Source: Entomortierella parvispora E1425 (taxonomy: Eukaryota; Fungi; Mortierellomycota). Taken from it: a stretch of 64,000 nucleotides of DNA. Below the pieces are notes generated by a model, which made no database searches, had not been told where the DNA came from, and worked only from the letters and a program-made list of their open reading frames with translations. This document shows, one piece after another, positions 58,201 through 64,000 of this stretch. Location of the stretch: NCBI GenBank assembly GCA_020891255.1, contig BQFW01000014.1, positions 1,922,001-1,986,000 on the forward strand, given 5' to 3'. Every line of letters starts with the position of its first letter. The first letter of the stretch is position 1. Both the position numbers and the translations under genes were made by a program.

Positions 58201-60563
58201 ATTATCTGCGGGGACAGATATAGTCGCATTGGTGGCGTTGTCCACATATGTCGATGCCACAGCGTCAGTGGTGTCCGACTGTGATGCGAAGCCAGTGAAA
58301 GTGTGAATCCAGCTCTCGATGGGTTCTGTTGCTGTCTCTTGATCCCTGTACTCCAGCACGGGCTTGGAACTCTCTGTGGACGAACTAGCTTGAGCCAACT
58401 CCGCAAACAGCCCTCCAGAAAGCACGGATATCGACTCGCTAGCTCTTTCACCTCCTGAGGTCTCCTCAATATCGTCCTGACAGCGAATTGTCTTTTGCAA
58501 TCCTGAACCAGACAATCTCTTAGAGCCTGGCGGTGCCTGCAAGGGGCTGGACTTTGTAGAGGCGGGCATCGTTCCCTCCAGTCGCAGAGTCTCGATGGTC
58601 TCCTCTCGGTCAGCAAGCATCTTCATGAGCTCCTCTTTCTCCGCCAGGAGGCTTTCCTTGGCCGCCACGAGCTCCTCTTTATCCGTCACCTCTTGGCCAA
58701 GCTTGGATTGCAACTCGCTAATGATTGATTGCTGGTGTGCAAAGGAGGTTTCGCGTGCTAGAGATGCCATCCTTGGTTCCAGAAGTGTTGCCGCATTGCT
58801 GTAGCTATCCTCTTGAGCTGGCAGTCTTGCGGGTGCCATTATCACGATGGGCGCCTCCACTGGACTTTCAGATTCCTGTTCCTCCTTTTCTTGAGCAAGG
58901 GCAATTGCCTCCATGGTAGCGATCTTGGCTAGCTTTTGCTGATGCTGGGCCAGAGATGATGTCAACTCCTCGACCCGCTTTGTGAGATCCGACTTTTCTC
59001 GCTGGATAGTTTGGGCATGTTTGCGCATTGTTGTCATGTCTTGTTCGTGTCTTGATTTGGTAGTCTCGAGCTGACCAGCAGCTTTTTCCTCCCTATCCTT
59101 GAGTTGCTCGACTTGCTCTGATGCTGTGGTCAACGCTCGTTGGATCTTCAAATTTTCATGTTGCGCTCGGGATAGCTGTTGCTGTAACTCCATGTTCTGC
59201 GAGCGAAGGTCCTGATTCAAGAGTTCCAAGTTCCACTGGTCCTCCTTAAGGCGCTCTAGATGGGTCATGGAGCGATGGGAAGGGGGGGAAATAAAAGGTG
59301 AGATTGACTTTCATTCTTGTAAGCGTGGCCGACTTGGACCAGAGTTCTCGATTTACCATCAGTCTCTTCTCTCATTCGCCTTTGTTTCTGGAGTGCATCG
59401 ATGATACGTTCTTGTTCTGAGATCTTTGCATCGTACTCCTGATTCAACTTTTCCTTCATTTCGGCTTGCGAGGTCCAGTAACGAACTTGGTTTAGCAGCT
59501 CTTCTTGGATTTGAACAGGAAAAGCCGGATCGTTAATAGATGGAGCGAGAGGAACGACAACCTTGTGTCGTCTTGGCTTCGTGATAGTTTGCGCCGGGAG
59601 CACACTCGAAGGAAGGGCACTAGGGCCTAAAATCCCTGATCCGGATCTAGACATCGATTCACCCTGGGGCGGTTGAATTGCTATTGTAGGCTATGAACAG
59701 CGCGAGACAATGCATTGGTGAGATACATCTGAGCTTGCCTGTATATTATGGCTCTGCTGCCCACCCCTGCAGCCCTTCTCTCTCAATCTCTCCTTCTCTC
59801 TCGCTCTTTCTCTCTCTTAGACCCAATGGTCTCCAATGGATCGACAGGAATGCTGCACACCACCAAGAATAGATATCCAGGTGAGCAACTTCAGTTCACT
59901 GCCAGTAGATCAGGAGATCGCATGGAATGAACCATGTAATTAACTTTGTCTGGATGAGAGCAGGACCCGCACAATGAAAGAGAGAGAGAGAGATGTCTAA
60001 AGTACGATCCGTTGCCAGTGAGGAAGCGAAGGACCGGGCAAGCACAAACTGAACACGACACCACCGTGCTTTCACACCGCTGGAACAGATACAGTGGTTT
60101 GCAAAAGATGTAACTGTTACTTCCCCAATCAAATATTTCAAAGTGGACATACCAGTTGGGCGTCAATCATGCCTTTGAGGCCCAAGATCCCATTCTGCCC
60201 CTCCTGGAATTCTTTGTCTATCAAGGCCAACTGCTCTCGGAAGTGTTGTGGCAGGGGCTGCTGGTTCTGAGAGTCGGATAAGGAGAAGGGGTCACCCGAA
60301 GGGCTGTCTTCGCTCTCCTGGTGCGGCGACAGAGTTGTTGACAACGAAATGGCACCGTGCGAGTCGAAGCCTTTAAGCAACTGCAACTGGTCGAAGCAGT
60401 TCTTAAGGTCCTCCTGCCGTTTAACGAAAAGTAGACCAATGGTCTGCGTCAGTTGAAGGTCATCGTGAATGCTGTTCAGTCTGACCTCCAGCTCTGCTCT
60501 GGCCTGTTCAACAGTGCTCAAGCTGGCCAAGGAAGAAAGGTTCTGTTGCTGAGTATCTGACAT
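55243..60563 (-). CDS. Num1/Mcp5/ApsA-like cortical anchor: N-terminal coiled coil, C-terminal PH domain; multi-exon
   Basis: ITQTMIGDYLWKYTRR...HKRYFWVHPYTKTMYWS and LLVQTPSRNLKLTAPTRQKHDLW match the Mcp5-type PH domain. DLQLTQTIGLLFVKRQEDL marks the N-terminal coiled coil. Confidence 0.8.
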
Positions 60564-61303
60564 GGTTTCTCAACGACGATCGACAAAATCGGGCACAGTC
60601 GTACAAGAGCCACTCAGAAAGGAAAGGTGTGGGGTGGTGGGGGGAAAGATTAAGGGTGATGTTCGCAAAGAAAAGGGCGACAAAGAGAGAGAGAGAAAAG
60701 GAAAAGGAAAAGGGGAACAAGAGAAAGAAGCGACGAAGAGGGACAGGAAGGGAAGGAAGGGTAAAGAAGACAGATGCAAGGCGGAGGAGGAAAGGGTGAG
60801 CTCAGAAGTTCCTTGTTTTCAAGGAAGGCAGCTCTGTAAAGCCCATGTAGGTCTGGCAGCACCGTCGAGTATGCACGAGAGCACATTCAGTCCTCCTTTT
60901 TTTGATGACACTTCTTGCAACAAAAATAAAAAGGGGGAGGAGACACACGAAACAGCAGAACCGACCAAACCAACGAGGGATACGCGACTGTCTCCGCGAG
61001 TCCTGTCTTGGGCCCCGCTCAAGGAGAAGGGTCAAGATTGAAATCTTTGATAAAAAATATCGTATCGTGACAAAGTATATTTATTCGAGGTGCTGACTGA
61101 AGTCTGAAGGACGCCCTCTGATCTGACATGTGACACCGAGGGACGGGTTATCGCCTATCCCTATCTGTCACTCGATTTCCTCTTCTTTCCTCCTTTCTAC
61201 TTCACGCAGCCTCGCTTGCTTCTTCGCCCCCCCGTCCACACTCACATCTCACTGCAACCCCGTCTGTCCCTGCCTAACCACACTGCAAATGCTCCGCTGA
61301 AAA

Positions 61304-62593
61304 ATGGCCTGCTACTCCTCCTCCGCATCGGCTCCTCTACACGCGCTTGCAAGTCAGTTCCTGGGTGAGACCAGTACTTCCGCAAAGCCTTCACAATATC
61401 GGACCCATTCTTCCTCTAACGGCCGCAATAGCCAACATCACCACCATCAGCGCCTATTTCCTCGGTCGGACCTGAGCTCAACCACAGTAACAATTGATAA
61501 TGCAAAAGGCGATATCTTTGAGAAAGCATGGTTACCGTCCACGCAGTCTTGGCATCCACAGCTGCATCCTATAGATCATCCTTGGAATATGCAGTTCCAC
61601 TCTCAGTATCAACCCGCCCAACTACATACGCCTCATCCTCAGAGGCAAATTCCTGATCTGGATTTCATTGCCTCTTGGGATCGCGCCGTCCAGGAGAATC
61701 CCTCGGCTTTATTGGAGACCAAGTCCGTCACAGCCCTACACTCTGTTCCTACTCCGGACGACTATTTGATGGAATTTCGATCGTTTAAGCACCAACCGGC
61801 GGAGGACTCACTCTCAGCCGACTTTGAGAAGGCCTGGTCAAATGGAACTCGCAAGATGGAAGACGATGATGACGAAGAAGAAGATGAGTTCAGGGAAGAG
61901 TGGAACAATGACCACTTCACACAAGCCTATATCAACAACCATCAGATGCAGTTCCGACAGATTGAAGAGCAAGAGCAACAAAAGGAGGCTCGCTTGGCAG
62001 AAGAACGAGAGAGACTTCGATCTGCGGAAACTCAAAGGCAATCAAGGTGGACCAGTGGTCCCTCTGCCGGGCCGAGTAAGATTGACGCCCTGTATGGAGC
62101 AGGTCAAGCACGACCAAGACGACTTAAAGTTCCCGGGATTGATACTGATGAGGAAATAGCTGCATCAGCTCTTAGTGTGGAGGAGTTTGTAGCGTACAAT
62201 TTTGTACAGGAAGTGAGCTACCAGAAAAGCGAGCAAAGTCGGCGCACAGGGGATCGGCCTCTGGCTCCTGTGAATGATCTGCAAGTAGCAGAGCAATTAT
62301 TTTACCCGGGAGCTTCCTCCACAACTCAGACCTGTGTCGATGGCCTGTCAGCAGCACAGATACCAGGGAAACAGACCTGGGAGAACGAGTTCACCATCGA
62401 ACAGCGAGAACAACCTCGCCTTCAGCATCGTGGAGCAGAATGGAACTGGGAAAGACTGTTTGGCAAGGATCCTCGCAAGGCGATAGCTCAATTGACGATT
62501 GAGCAGAATCGCGGACACAGCAAAGACGAGTCGGAACGACTAAGGTCGGTGGCCCTTGCACGGCTCCAGGCCCTGTTCGGTCATCTGTCTTGA
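61304..62593 (+). CDS. PEX5/PEX20-like N-terminal-type protein lacking TPRs (candidate peroxin), 429 aa
   Basis: Cys at position 3 in MACYSSSASAPLHALASQF, and several WxxxF or reversed FxxxW motifs (FEKAW x2, WNMQF, FIASW, FREEW, WENEF, WERLF). No TPR domain. Confidence 0.5.
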   Translation: MACYSSSASAPLHALASQFLGETSTSAKPSQYRTHSSSNGRNSQHHHHQRLFPRSDLSSTTVTIDNAKGDIFEKAWLPSTQSWHPQLHPIDHPWNMQFHSQYQPAQLHTPHPQRQIPDLDFIASWDRAVQENPSALLETKSVTALHSVPTPDDYLMEFRSFKHQPAEDSLSADFEKAWSNGTRKMEDDDDEEEDEFREEWNNDHFTQAYINNHQMQFRQIEEQEQQKEARLAEERERLRSAETQRQSRWTSGPSAGPSKIDALYGAGQARPRRLKVPGIDTDEEIAASALSVEEFVAYNFVQEVSYQKSEQSRRTGDRPLAPVNDLQVAEQLFYPGASSTTQTCVDGLSAAQIPGKQTWENEFTIEQREQPRLQHRGAEWNWERLFGKDPRKAIAQLTIEQNRGHSKDESERLRSVALARLQALFGHLS

Positions 62594-63034
62594 CACCAAC
62601 GCAGCCGGACGGAAAAGCAGACAGAAAAGCAGACGCTGTTGTCTGCATTGTTGCACAATTGTAGAGAAGATATACCATGATACCGAACTTGTACCATACA
62701 TGAATAAATGACTAAAAAAATATGTCATTTCTGTCAGCTGACCAGAAAACTCACCATGTGTTCAATTCATTCGTTCATTGCTCATTGTTCCTTTGTCCTT
62801 CTCTTCCTCTTCTTCTTCGTCTTTGTTCTCTCCGTATTCCTTTCTGTCTATATCTTTCAATCACCGCACGTTCTTTCTCCTCTCTCTCTCTCCCTCCCTC
62901 CTTCCCTTCCTCTCTTGTACTGGCACAAATATATATCTGTCTTGTTCTTGTCGTAAAAAGGACCCTTTCCTCCCTGTCTCTATTTCACTTTCCCACAAGA
63001 GGAAACCTTCGCCCACCAAAGTCGAGCCCACACC

Positions 63035-64000
63035 ATGCTCGCATCAAAGTCCAGAGTCCTGCTCCTTGTCTCCATTGCAGCATGGCTCACGCTCATCACC
63101 TTGGCTGTGCCTGCCCTTGCCAGCGATGTCCATAAGGATGGGTACTGTGTCATGCGCGACAACTGCGGGAGCAAGCGTGTGTTTGGCAAGCAGCTTCCTT
63201 GCCCGTACAACCAAGAAGCAGTCGAGGTATGTCCACACGACACTCCGCGTCAGCAGGGCTGCGGGGCGTTTGTTGCCCGTCCTTCCTCCTTTTCTTTGCC
63301 GTTGCCGCCTTGCTCTTTTGCCTTACCCCTGCAGTGCTGTGTTGTTAACATTTTTTTATTCTTATCCTTTTTCTCGATCGACAAATAGCCCGACAAAGAG
63401 CTTCGCGAACTGCTCGTGTCGACCTGTGGCGCATCGTTTGAACATTCCAAAGCATGCTGCAGCCAGGATCAGCTTGAAGACTTGATCGCCTCTACAAAGC
63501 AAGCAGCACCCATGATATCAGCCTGCCCTGCCTGCTGGGCCAACTTTCTCAACTTCTTTTGCATTTTCACCTGTTCGCCCAACCAGTCAACTTTCCTGAA
63601 CGTCACTGCCACCGCAACGTCCACAGACAAGAAGGAAGTGGTCACCAAATTGGACTTCTTGGTTTCAGATCAGTACGGATCGGGCTTCTTTGACTCTTGC
63701 AAGGATGTCAAGTTCGCAGCCACAAATGGTTATGTCATGGACCTGATTGGCGGAGGAGCAAAGAATTGGCGTGAAATGGTCACGTTCATGGGGCGGGAGC
63801 GGGAACCTCTTGGCTCGCCTTTCCAAATCGACTTCCCGGTCGAGGATCCCCAAAACATCCTGACGCCTTTCTCTGGTGTTACTCGTCAGTGCAATGACAC
63901 GGATGTGCAGTACCGGTGCTCGTGTGTCGATTGTCTACCCGTCTGCCCGGTGCTTCCTCCGACTGCAGACGAAAATCCACCCTGCAAGCTCTTTGGCGTG
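63035..64000 (+). CDS. NPC1: Niemann-Pick C1 / Ncr1 sterol transporter, 5' part running off the right edge
   Basis: Signal peptide, CVMRDNCG...LPCP, CC...CPACWANFLNFFCIFTCSPNQSTF, SCKDVKF and CSCVDC...CP. Confidence 0.95.

Noticed and set aside
115-63853. The many short antisense or overlapping ORFs in the track
   Set aside because: They are shadows of GC-rich coding sequence or of low-complexity leaders, with no independent evidence.
1-64000. tRNA or rRNA genes and U12-type introns
   Set aside because: By eye I found no convincing T-loop/cloverleaf, rRNA-like sequence or intron-initial GTATCCTT/ATATCCTT. tRNAscan-SE and intronIC runs would be needed to exclude them.

Overview
Gene-dense, intron-containing fungal DNA, probably Mucoromycota/Mortierellaceae (inferred from the gene families and intron style, not checked by search). 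Recognisable housekeeping genes are an F-box/LRR protein, a RING-H2 membrane ligase, TMEM41/VTT, a Sel1-repeat protein, VPS11, acyl-CoA oxidase, a PPR protein, ATP23, an AhpD-like gene, IBA57, SAS4-like, ARL5, PRP5, Num1/Mcp5-PH and NPC1. Two accessory blocks interrupt them. (1) An island at about 18.9-29.2 kb holds palindromic repeats, transposon debris, a Crinkler-type P-loop gene and the main find: a 5-exon minus-strand gene (28301->23737, about 1401 aa). It fuses an N-terminal XPG/FEN1-type PIN nuclease to a C-terminal TnpB/Fanzor-type RuvC-zinc-finger nuclease with an intact D-E-D triad. It carries one 7-bp duplication frameshift and is followed by a cluster of hairpins that could be an omegaRNA scaffold. 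(2) A full-length two-gene PIF/Harbinger transposon (38824-41753) with near-perfect TIRs and an AAT target duplication sits 35 bp upstream of a host gene. The window also has a pseudogenised methyltransferase, an orphan secreted Cys-rich protein and a TPR-less PEX5/PEX20-like gene. Exon boundaries were derived by hand from GT-AG sites and frame continuity.
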